From contig JAHJLF010000043.1 in the NCBI GenBank assembly GCA_018821925.1, positions 1,599-65,598 of the forward strand: a stretch of 64,000 bases of DNA. The letters run 5' to 3'. The notes beneath the pieces were generated by a model. It was not told the DNA's origin. It saw only the letters and a program-made list of their open reading frames with translations, and searched no databases. Numbering within the stretch: the stretch's first letter is position 1; each line of letters opens with the position of its first letter. This document shows positions 17,826 to 25,963 of the stretch, one piece after another. The position numbers and the translations under genes are program-made. The stretch is from Candidatus Edwardsbacteria bacterium (GTDB taxonomy: Bacteria; Edwardsbacteria; AC1; EtOH8).

Positions 17826-18779
17826 ATGCTTCTCTTCAACCGAAGGATCTGGCACCGACATGATATTGCGGTGCTGATCGCCGCCCTGATGATCTCGGCG
17901 GTGCTGGCCATTCTGCCGTCCGGGCTTAAAAAAGCCGCCGGCGGCGGGGTGGTGGGGACGTTGTTCGCCCCGCTGGAATATCCGGCCAGCCAGGTCCGGT
18001 CGCTCTTTTCCAGCTGGAAGGACAATCAGGAATTAAGGCTGCGTCTGGCTGTGACCTCCCTGGAGAATATTTCGCTGAAGGAGGCGGCCCGGGAGAATGA
18101 CGAATTCCGGAAACTGCTGGAACTCAAGTCCCGCACCCAATGGCGGCTGATGTCCGCCCGGGTGGTGGGGCGCGAGCCGGCGGCCCGGGCTTCGTTCCTG
18201 GTGGTCGAGCCCAGTGATCCCAAGGACATCAGGGATGATATGCCGGTGGTATCCGACCGGGGGCTACTGGGAAAGGTGGTCAACTCCGGGCCGGAATATT
18301 TTCAGGTGTCCACCATCTTCGACCAGGACTCCCGGGTCAGCGCCATAGTGGCCCGCAGCCGGGTGCTGGGCATCTTCCGCACCGACCGGGGGCAGAGGTG
18401 CATCCTGGACAGGGTTTCCTTGAGGTCCGATGTCAGGGAGGGCGATACCGTTTTGACCTCGGGCTATGGGCAGGTCTTTCCTTCGGGGTTGATGCTGGGG
18501 ACAGTGGAGAGGATCCGGGTCGATAAAAGGCAGCTGACGATGAATATTGAAATCAACCCTTCGCTGGATCTGAACCGGATCAGCCAGATGTTCATCATTA
18601 CCGGCGGGGTCAATCCGCCGCTGCCATCGCTGGTCCCGGCCAAGGCTCAGGACAGCTTGGCGGTTAAGCCCAGAAGAAGGGCTCTGGCCCCGCCGCCCCC
18701 GAAGATGGATATTCGGCTGCCCCAGGCCCCGGTGCCGGTGCCGGATGAATCGGAACTGCCGGGAGGGGCCGGACAATGA
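17826..18779 (+). CDS. mreC: Rod shape-determining protein MreC
   Basis: 317 aa, N-terminal TM, coiled-coil, beta-rich C-terminal domain. Position between mreB and mreD. Confidence 0.75.
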   Translation: MLLFNRRIWHRHDIAVLIAALMISAVLAILPSGLKKAAGGGVVGTLFAPLEYPASQVRSLFSSWKDNQELRLRLAVTSLENISLKEAARENDEFRKLLELKSRTQWRLMSARVVGREPAARASFLVVEPSDPKDIRDDMPVVSDRGLLGKVVNSGPEYFQVSTIFDQDSRVSAIVARSRVLGIFRTDRGQRCILDRVSLRSDVREGDTVLTSGYGQVFPSGLMLGTVERIRVDKRQLTMNIEINPSLDLNRISQMFIITGGVNPPLPSLVPAKAQDSLAVKPRRRALAPPPPKMDIRLPQAPVPVPDESELPGGAGQ

Positions 18780-19258
18780 TAAAGATCATCAAGATACTAT
18801 CTCTGATCTGGTTGGCCGTTTTTATTCAGAGCTCGATTGTAAATATAATCAGCCCCTGGGGGCTGATCCCCAATTTCATGGTGATAGTGATCGCCCTGGC
18901 CGGACTGAAGGAGGGGGTGTCGTCCGGGGTGTGGACCGGGCTGCTGGTAGGATTTCTGGCTGACTGTTATCACCCCTCCACCATGGGCCTGTTCGCCTTC
19001 GGTGGGACCGTGGTCGGTTACCTAACCGGAATGGCCCGGGATAGGATCTATCGGGAGCAGCTCTTAAGCCAGGCGGCTTTGACCGCGGCTCTGGCTTTAG
19101 TGTATCAGCTGTTCGTGTTTTTCGGGCGGGACGGGGGGACGCTCTCCTCCTATCCCCGTTATTTTATCAGGTTCGGCCTGGGGAGCGCCGTTCTCACCGC
19201 CCTGGTTGCGGCCATCATCCTGCCGGCTTTAGAACGCTGGGCCTACGGTAAAAGGTAG
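18776..19258 (+). CDS. mreD: Rod shape-determining protein MreD
   Basis: 160 aa small polytopic membrane protein. 4-nt overlap with mreC and operon position. Confidence 0.65.
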   Translation: MIKIIKILSLIWLAVFIQSSIVNIISPWGLIPNFMVIVIALAGLKEGVSSGVWTGLLVGFLADCYHPSTMGLFAFGGTVVGYLTGMARDRIYREQLLSQAALTAALALVYQLFVFFGRDGGTLSSYPRYFIRFGLGSAVLTALVAAIILPALERWAYGKR

Positions 19259-19263
19259 GGGCC

Positions 19264-21075
19264 ATGGCGCAGGATTATAAAAATAGCTCCCGGGCGGTGG
19301 CGGCCCTGATCTTTTGGATAGCGGCCCTGTCAGTGCTGCTGATCCGGACCGCCCAGCTCCAGATAGTGGAAGGGGCCAAATATCAGAACTATGCCCGGCA
19401 GAACCGGGTTCGCAAGGTCGCCATCCCGGCCGCCAGGGGATTGATATTCTCCCGGGACAGCGTTATCATTGCCGAGAGCAAGCCGGCTTTCAACCTGGTG
19501 CTGGTGGCGGTCAGAGACTGGGGCCCGGCGGTGATAACTGCCTCCCGGATCCTGGGGCTGGACAGCAACTCGGTCAAGCAGGAGATTATTTACCAGAGGC
19601 GGGCCTATCCCCAGGATCCGGTGTCCATCGTCCGGAACCTTGTTCCGGAACAGGTGGCCATAATCGAGGAGCACGCCGACAAACTGCCGGGCCTGCGGCT
19701 GGCCACCGAATCCAGGCGCAAGGCCCCGTTCGGCGGTTATGCCAGCCACCTGATAGGCTACACCTCCGAGCTGAACTCCAGGGAATACGAAAGGCTTAAG
19801 GATCAGAGCTACCGGCTGGGGGATTTTTTGGGCAAGGGCGGGCTGGAGAAACAGTATGAGGATCTGCTGCGGGGAAGCGACGGTTGCGAGTTCGTGGAGG
19901 TTGACGCCAAGGGGCGGGAGCAGGGAAACATCCCCGATCTGGAGAGGCTGGAGCCGGTGCCCGGGGTCAATCTCTATCTGACCATCGACTGGAAGCTGCA
20001 GCAGCTGGCCGAGAGCCTTTTTACCGACGGCATGTTGGGGGCGGCGGTGGCGGTGGACCCACGGACCGGCCAGATACTGGCCTTGGTCAGCCGTCCCAAT
20101 TTTAACCCCGACTTATTTTCCACCGGCATCAGCTCCGATAACTGGAACCGGCTGGTCAACGATCCCTCCTTCCCCCTTTGGGACCGGGCCATCCGCAGCG
20201 TCTATCCCCCGGGCTCGACCTTTAAGATTTTTACCGCCGCGGCGGCGCTGGACAGCGGCCTAATCGATGAAAAAAAGTTGCTGCCCAAGGCCTGTCACGG
20301 TTCGATGAGAATAGGCAACCGGGTTTTCAAATGCTGGAAGGCCGGGGGACACGGCTCGCTGAATTTGCATGACGCCATTGTCCAGTCCTGCGACGTATAT
20401 TTCTATCAATTGGGGCAATTGCTGGGAGTTCAGGGCATCTCCGATCTGTGCCTTAAGATTGGCCTGGGATCGGAGACAGGCGTCGACCTGCCCCAGGAGG
20501 TTCCCGGTCTGATCCCTACCATCGGCTGGTATGAAAAGCGACTTGGAAAAGGCAGCTGGGGCGGAGGGGTTCCCGCCAATTTGTCCATCGGCCAGGGCGA
20601 GATATTAACTACTCCTATTCAGTTGGCTGCGTTATATGCGGCAATTGGCAACGAAGGCCTTTTCTTCAAGCCGCACCTGATGCTGAAGGCCGAGACTTAC
20701 GATGGAAAGTTGGTGGCCGGGGAGACGCTGGAGAGCCGTCAACTGGGAATATCGCCCGCCAGCATTGCCATCATCAAACAAGCCCTGGTCGGAGTGGTCA
20801 ATCAGCCGGGAGGCACCGGAGGCTCGGCCCGGATTGCCGGGGTGGAGGTGGCCGGCAAGACCGGCACCTCTCAGAATCCCCACGGCGACGATCATTCCTG
20901 GTTTGTGGCCTTTGCCCCCAAGGATGATCCGGTGATCTCGGTGGCGGTAATAGTGGAGAATGCCGGCCATGGTTCGGCGGTGGCCGCGCCATTGGCCGGA
21001 AAGCTGATTAAGCATTACCTGAAGGAAAAAGGGATAATAGAGAGCGATAACCTTAAAGTGGCGGCGGTTCCATGA
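19264..21075 (+). CDS. mrdA: Penicillin-binding protein 2 (peptidoglycan D,D-transpeptidase MrdA)
   Basis: 603 aa. Transpeptidase motifs 'STFK', 'SCD', 'KTGT'. PBP dimerisation domain. Follows mreD. Confidence 0.85.
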   Translation: MAQDYKNSSRAVAALIFWIAALSVLLIRTAQLQIVEGAKYQNYARQNRVRKVAIPAARGLIFSRDSVIIAESKPAFNLVLVAVRDWGPAVITASRILGLDSNSVKQEIIYQRRAYPQDPVSIVRNLVPEQVAIIEEHADKLPGLRLATESRRKAPFGGYASHLIGYTSELNSREYERLKDQSYRLGDFLGKGGLEKQYEDLLRGSDGCEFVEVDAKGREQGNIPDLERLEPVPGVNLYLTIDWKLQQLAESLFTDGMLGAAVAVDPRTGQILALVSRPNFNPDLFSTGISSDNWNRLVNDPSFPLWDRAIRSVYPPGSTFKIFTAAAALDSGLIDEKKLLPKACHGSMRIGNRVFKCWKAGGHGSLNLHDAIVQSCDVYFYQLGQLLGVQGISDLCLKIGLGSETGVDLPQEVPGLIPTIGWYEKRLGKGSWGGGVPANLSIGQGEILTTPIQLAALYAAIGNEGLFFKPHLMLKAETYDGKLVAGETLESRQLGISPASIAIIKQALVGVVNQPGGTGGSARIAGVEVAGKTGTSQNPHGDDHSWFVAFAPKDDPVISVAVIVENAGHGSAVAAPLAGKLIKHYLKEKGIIESDNLKVAAVP

Positions 21076-22298
21076 AACTTTTCGGATTTCATTCCAGCCG
21101 CGATTTTGATATGCAGCTGCTGGCGTCTGTTTTGGTTTTGGTCTGCATTGGAATCCTGTCGGTGTACAGCGCCACCCAGACCGACCAAGCCGGCTTTGAA
21201 GGGATCTGGCGAAAGCAGCTGTTGTCGCTGGCCATCGGCCTGGCGGTCATGGTGGTGGCGGTGATCGTGCCCTACCGTTATCTGGAAGCCTTTGCCTGGC
21301 CGATATACGGCATCTCCCTGGTTCTGCTGATAGTGGCTCTGCTGGGACCCAAACATATGAACACCCACCGCTGGATACAGGTGGGCGGACAGATGTTCCA
21401 GCCGTCGGAGATCGCCAAAATGGCGACCATCTTGGCCCTGGCCAAACTTATTTACAAGAAAGACATGGACCGGGCCGGATTTTTGGGCATCCTGCTGCCG
21501 ATAGCCATAGTGGTGGTGCCTCTGGTGCTGGTGCTGATCGAGCCGGACTTGGGGACCGCGCTTTCCTTCGGGGCGCTGTTCATCGCCATGATCTTCTGGC
21601 AGGGATATCCGGTGAAGAATATCCTGTATCTGCTATCGCCGGTTCTTTCGATGGTGGCGGTTTTCTCCATGCCCAGCTGGATAGTTTTCATGATCCTTCT
21701 GCTGCTGTCGTTCTGGTTCTTCCGGATGAAGTTCAAATATGCCTCCTGGATCTTCATGTTGAACACCGTGATCGGAAGCATCACTCCTTTCCTGTGGCAG
21801 GGGCTCAAGGATTACCAGAGGATGAGGATCATGATATTCCTCAATCCCGGAATTGATCCCCGGGGGGCCGGCTGGCATGTCCTGCAGTCCAAGATAGCGG
21901 TGGGCTCCGGGGGTTTCTGGGGCCAGGGTTTTCTGGAGGGAACCCAGAAGAAGCTGTCCTTCCTGCCGGAGCAGCACACCGATTTCATCTTTGCCACCTT
22001 CGGCGAGGAATTCGGGTTTATCGGCTGCCTGTTGCTGTTGCTGCTTTTTTTCTGGACGGTGTACCGCGGCATCGTTATCGCCCGGCAGGCCCGAAACCGT
22101 TTTGCCGGCCTGGCGGCGGTGGGCATCCTGTCAATTTTTGGATACCATGTGATCCTGAATATCGGCATGGCCCTGGGAATTTTACCGGTGACCGGGATCC
22201 CCCTGCCGTTCCTGAGCTTCGGCGGATCGGCCCTGATCATCAACCTGATGATGGTCGGGCTGCTTCTGAACATCGGCCTGCGCCGCTATGAATACTAG
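21072..22298 (+). CDS. rodA: Rod shape-determining protein RodA (SEDS family glycosyltransferase)
   Basis: 408 aa polytopic FtsW/RodA/SpoVE family protein. 4-nt overlap with mrdA. Confidence 0.85.
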   Translation: MKLFGFHSSRDFDMQLLASVLVLVCIGILSVYSATQTDQAGFEGIWRKQLLSLAIGLAVMVVAVIVPYRYLEAFAWPIYGISLVLLIVALLGPKHMNTHRWIQVGGQMFQPSEIAKMATILALAKLIYKKDMDRAGFLGILLPIAIVVVPLVLVLIEPDLGTALSFGALFIAMIFWQGYPVKNILYLLSPVLSMVAVFSMPSWIVFMILLLLSFWFFRMKFKYASWIFMLNTVIGSITPFLWQGLKDYQRMRIMIFLNPGIDPRGAGWHVLQSKIAVGSGGFWGQGFLEGTQKKLSFLPEQHTDFIFATFGEEFGFIGCLLLLLLFFWTVYRGIVIARQARNRFAGLAAVGILSIFGYHVILNIGMALGILPVTGIPLPFLSFGGSALIINLMMVGLLLNIGLRRYEY

Positions 22299-22474
22299 AT
22301 GGATTTCAGGGATTCTTTTACCGCAGACACCGTCGGCCAAAGCCGGCAAACATAAAAGCAAGCTATGGCGTCGGACGAGGCGCAGAGAATACTTTCGATT
22401 ATAATTTTTGTGCTTCTTTGCTTGCCGGATATTGTAAACGATTTAAACTTCTTAAACCTTTTAAACATTAAGGT

Positions 22475-23254
22475 ATGCTTCCTACCATTTTTAAAATAGG
22501 CCCCTTTACCCTGCACAGCTACGGCTTGATGCTGGCATTGGCATTCCTGTCGGCCATCCTGCTGCTGGAGGCCAAAGCCAAAAGATCCGGCCTGTCCAAG
22601 GATGTGATCATGGATTTCGGGCTGGTGGTGATGGTGGCCTCTGTTATCGGCTCCCGGGCCTTCTATGTTTTAAGCCATTGGGTCGAATATGCGGCCCGGC
22701 CCTTGACGGTGCTGGCGGTGTGGGAGGGCGGGCTTACTTTCTATGGAGGTGTTCTGCTGGCGGTCCCTGCCGGGATCATCTATCTCAAGAGAAAAGGCAT
22801 TGCCTTTTGGCCGCTGGCCGATATGGCGGCCCCGGCCTTTGCCCTGGGCCTGGGCATCGGGCGTTTCGGTTGTTTTTTGAACGGGTGCTGTTTCGGGAAT
22901 CCGTCGTTCCTGCCCTGGGCGGTTAAGTTTCCTGGTGATACCGCCGCCGGAGCGGCCTTCACCTGCGCCCTGCATCCCACCCAGCTTTACGAGGCAATCT
23001 TCGGTTTTCTCGCCATGGCCTTTTTGCTGTGGCTGGGAAAAATAAAACATTTCCCCGGGGCGATGTTCTGCCTGTTTCTGGGGATGTACGGCGTTTGGCG
23101 TTTTGGGCTGGATCATTTTCGGTACTACGAAGCCAGCCAGCTGTGGCTCTTTGGGCTTACCAATAATCAATGGATAAGCCTGGGGCTGATCGTTTTTGCC
23201 CTGGTTTCGTCATTGATCCTCTGGAAGAATAATAAAAGGCAAAAAAGCAAGTAA
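22475..23254 (+). CDS. lgt: Prolipoprotein diacylglyceryl transferase
   Basis: 259 aa. 'FKIGPFTLHSYGLMLALAF' N-terminus and 'GRFGCFLNGCCFG' signature of Lgt. Confidence 0.85.
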   Translation: MLPTIFKIGPFTLHSYGLMLALAFLSAILLLEAKAKRSGLSKDVIMDFGLVVMVASVIGSRAFYVLSHWVEYAARPLTVLAVWEGGLTFYGGVLLAVPAGIIYLKRKGIAFWPLADMAAPAFALGLGIGRFGCFLNGCCFGNPSFLPWAVKFPGDTAAGAAFTCALHPTQLYEAIFGFLAMAFLLWLGKIKHFPGAMFCLFLGMYGVWRFGLDHFRYYEASQLWLFGLTNNQWISLGLIVFALVSSLILWKNNKRQKSK

Positions 23255-23301
23255 AATTTATTTACTTTTTGCTTTTATAGTGATAGAATAAAAAGCAGGT
23301 T

Positions 23302-23377
23302 GCCGCTGTAGCTCAGTTGGTAGAGCGACGCTCTCGTAAAGCGTAGGTCACCGGTTCGATTCCGGTCAGCGGCTCCA
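23302..23377 (+). tRNA. tRNA-Thr (anticodon CGU)
   Basis: 76 nt cloverleaf folded by hand: acceptor GCCGCTG/CAGCGGC, D-arm GCTC-AGTTGGTA-GAGC, anticodon stem ACGCT/AGCGT with loop CTCGTAA (anticodon CGT), T-arm ACCGG-TTCGATT-CCGGT, encoded CCA. Confidence 0.85.
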
Positions 23378-23457
23378 GAGATGGGGTTAATGGGACGCAG
23401 ATTTACGCAGATTGTTTTGCTTGGTGAGCAAATGTTGTTGCTTTCGTCATCCTGAGT

Positions 23458-24435
23458 ATGACTATCTACCCAACAAGCCGAAGGATCTTTTTAACCACAA
23501 AGAACGCAGAGTCAACTAACAAAACGCAATCAATTTTTCTTAACTTTACTACAATGAAAAAAGTACTTACAAATACATTTTCCAACTATAAAAAAGACGC
23601 TTCCAACTGGATAACACTGGCTGGTGGCGAATATTACCCAGATATTTTAAAAGACGCTTGTCAGCTTTACAAACCTGTTTTAGTTTTATTCGGTCAACTT
23701 GTAAAATCTTCTGAATCATCTTCCCGACTTTTTCTTGAAATTGCCGATGTTGTCGAACCTTGGATGAGAGTTCAATTACTAAGAGTTTTCAAACGATATG
23801 TTTGCCCTGTTCTTCCTGTTGAAATGACAAAACGAAAAACAAAAGCAACAATGTTTGATAGAGAATTTAAAAGCAAATTCAGACCAATCAACGAAGTTCA
23901 AAGAGCATTTAACAGCCGACCAATTAAAGACGAAGCGCTTTGTGCCTTGCTTTGGGAATACAAGGACAGGGGTAAAAAGGGATACGATTTAACCGAAAGA
24001 TTTTTCGAATTATTCCGCAGCAATTTCAGAGGGCTTCAAATTATTGGACCCGAACGGGCAGGCAGAGATATTTTGATGAAGGAAGTTTTTGAAAGCTATC
24101 CCAACCCAACACGACCTGTTGATTTTGTAATTAAGGATAAGAATAAAATTCTTGCAATAGGTTTGGCAAGATATGATTCAGACCGGGGCGGTGCACAAGA
24201 AGACGACAGAACCGGCGGATATTCAAATTGTGCAAACGAATTTCTTGGATTCGCCAAGAAAAATAAATTAAACACCAAATTAATTTTTGTAAACGATGGG
24301 CCAGGACTTTTGCTCGGTTCAATGTGGAATGACTATTCAGCTTTAGAAAAAAGCTGGAAAGGGAAAATAATGGTGTTGACTCTGAGAATGGTGGCTGAGA
24401 GAATCACCGAAGAATGGTTAAACTCAAAATTGTAA
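23458..24435 (+). CDS. Hypothetical protein, candidate restriction endonuclease partner of the downstream DNA methyltransferase
   Basis: 325 aa ORF in a low-GC (~38%) segment directly 3' of the tRNA. 5-nt gap to the methyltransferase gene. No family recognised. Alternative start ATG 23554 (MKKVL...). Confidence 0.35.
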   Translation: MTIYPTSRRIFLTTKNAESTNKTQSIFLNFTTMKKVLTNTFSNYKKDASNWITLAGGEYYPDILKDACQLYKPVLVLFGQLVKSSESSSRLFLEIADVVEPWMRVQLLRVFKRYVCPVLPVEMTKRKTKATMFDREFKSKFRPINEVQRAFNSRPIKDEALCALLWEYKDRGKKGYDLTERFFELFRSNFRGLQIIGPERAGRDILMKEVFESYPNPTRPVDFVIKDKNKILAIGLARYDSDRGGAQEDDRTGGYSNCANEFLGFAKKNKLNTKLIFVNDGPGLLLGSMWNDYSALEKSWKGKIMVLTLRMVAERITEEWLNSKL

Positions 24436-24439
24436 CAAA

Positions 24440-25783
24440 ATGGCAACAGGCAACCCAAAAACAAAATGGAATGGAGAGTTGCACACAAGCAACTCCAACA
24501 ACGAACAGTTTTCATTTCGCCCTGTTTGGCAAAATGGAAATTCTGCAAACCGTTTGTATTTTGGCGACAATGTTTCAGTAATGAAGGATTTGGTGAAAGA
24601 CAAAACGGTGAAAGGAGAAATCCGCCTCATATACATTGACCCGCCTTACGCTACCAACAGCGTTTTTCAAACACGAAAACAAAAAGACGCTTACACCGAC
24701 CTGTTGACAGGTGAACACTATATTGAGTTTATGCGTGAACGATTGTTGCTGATGAAGGAATTATTGGCGACGGATGGTTCAATTTATGTTCATCTTGACA
24801 ACAAAATGGTTTTCCATGTAAAAGTTTTGATGGACGAAATTTTTGGTGCTGCAAATTTTCGCAGCATGATTACAAGGAAAAAGTGCAAGTCAAAGAACTT
24901 TACAAAAAATTCCTTTGGAAATATTTGTGATTACATTTTGTTTTATACAAAATCCGCTAACGCAGTTTGGCACAAGCAATTTAATGAATGGACTGACGAG
25001 AAAATTCTGATCGAGTATCCGCTCATTGAGAAAGAAACTGGCAGACGGCACAAGCGAGTACCTATTCATGCCCCCGGAACAAGAAACGGAACTACAGGAA
25101 AGATGTGGAAAGGAATGATGCCGCCTGAAGGTAAACATTGGCAATTCACACCCGACAAGTTGGACGAGTTGGACCGAAAAGGTGAACTCCACTGGAGTAA
25201 AAATGGCAACCCAAGACGCAAAATTTATTTAGACGAAAGCAACGGAATCGCTTTGCAAGATATTTGGCTTGACTACTTAGATGCAAATAATCAAAACACT
25301 CAAACCACAGGTTATCCGACAGAAAAAAATATTGAGATGTTGAAACGAATCATTCTTGCTTCTTCAAATAAAGGAGATCTGGTTATGGACTGTTTTGCGG
25401 GTTCCGGAACAACTTTGGTTGCAGCAGACGAACTTCACCGTAACTGGATTGGCGTTGACATCGGCAGCGAATCAATGAAAGTAATTTTGAATCGTTTCCA
25501 AAATGGAACTCAAACTTTAGACGACCACATCAATGACGAGAAACCAAAAACCAAATCAAAGAAGATTGATTTGTTTTCTGACCAAGAGGAAGAAGAAAAG
25601 CTACCTCAACAATCAAAAAAAGTGCAGCAACATTTAGTAAGCGACTTTTCAATTTTAGTGAACGGAAATTATTCAGGGATAGAGTTTCAAGTGCCAACGC
25701 AGTTGAACTCACATTTTGCTCTGCCCAACGCAAAGGCAAACACCGCAAAGCAAAAAAAGCCTGCACTGAGCCCAGCACCTTGA
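24440..25783 (+). CDS. Site-specific DNA methyltransferase (N6-adenine/N4-cytosine, beta-class)
   Basis: 447 aa. Motif IV 'IYIDPPYAT' precedes motif I 'DCFAGSGTT' (beta-class order). Low-GC. Confidence 0.8.
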   Translation: MATGNPKTKWNGELHTSNSNNEQFSFRPVWQNGNSANRLYFGDNVSVMKDLVKDKTVKGEIRLIYIDPPYATNSVFQTRKQKDAYTDLLTGEHYIEFMRERLLLMKELLATDGSIYVHLDNKMVFHVKVLMDEIFGAANFRSMITRKKCKSKNFTKNSFGNICDYILFYTKSANAVWHKQFNEWTDEKILIEYPLIEKETGRRHKRVPIHAPGTRNGTTGKMWKGMMPPEGKHWQFTPDKLDELDRKGELHWSKNGNPRRKIYLDESNGIALQDIWLDYLDANNQNTQTTGYPTEKNIEMLKRIILASSNKGDLVMDCFAGSGTTLVAADELHRNWIGVDIGSESMKVILNRFQNGTQTLDDHINDEKPKTKSKKIDLFSDQEEEEKLPQQSKKVQQHLVSDFSILVNGNYSGIEFQVPTQLNSHFALPNAKANTAKQKKPALSPAP

Positions 25784-25812
25784 ATGGCTGTCGGAGTGAA
25801 GCAATCCCGGTT

Positions 25813-25863
25813 GTCATTCCCGCCCCGCATCAAGTGCGGGATAAACTCCGGCGGGAATCCAGG
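25813..25863. repeat. REP/MITE-like nested hairpin repeat (same family as 13757-13966)
   Basis: GTCATTCCCGCC-[CCGCATCAAGTGCGG]-ATAAACTCC-GGCGGGAATCCAGG. Outer arms ATTCCCGCC/GGCGGGAAT enclose an inner 6-bp hairpin. Confidence 0.6.
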
Positions 25864-25963
25864 CTTAATGGGACACGGACGCCGTCGTCCAAAGCCGTCT
25901 TTTATAGTAGCAGACTATGGCGCCGGACGATTTACACGGATTATTTCAAAGCATTTATAAAAG

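Noticed and set aside
23255-23300. Imperfect inverted repeat AAAAGCAAGTAAA...TTTACTTTTTGCTTTT at the lgt 3' end, as a terminator.
   Set aside because: Pairing is interrupted and AT-only. It could be a weak terminator but is not convincing enough to annotate.
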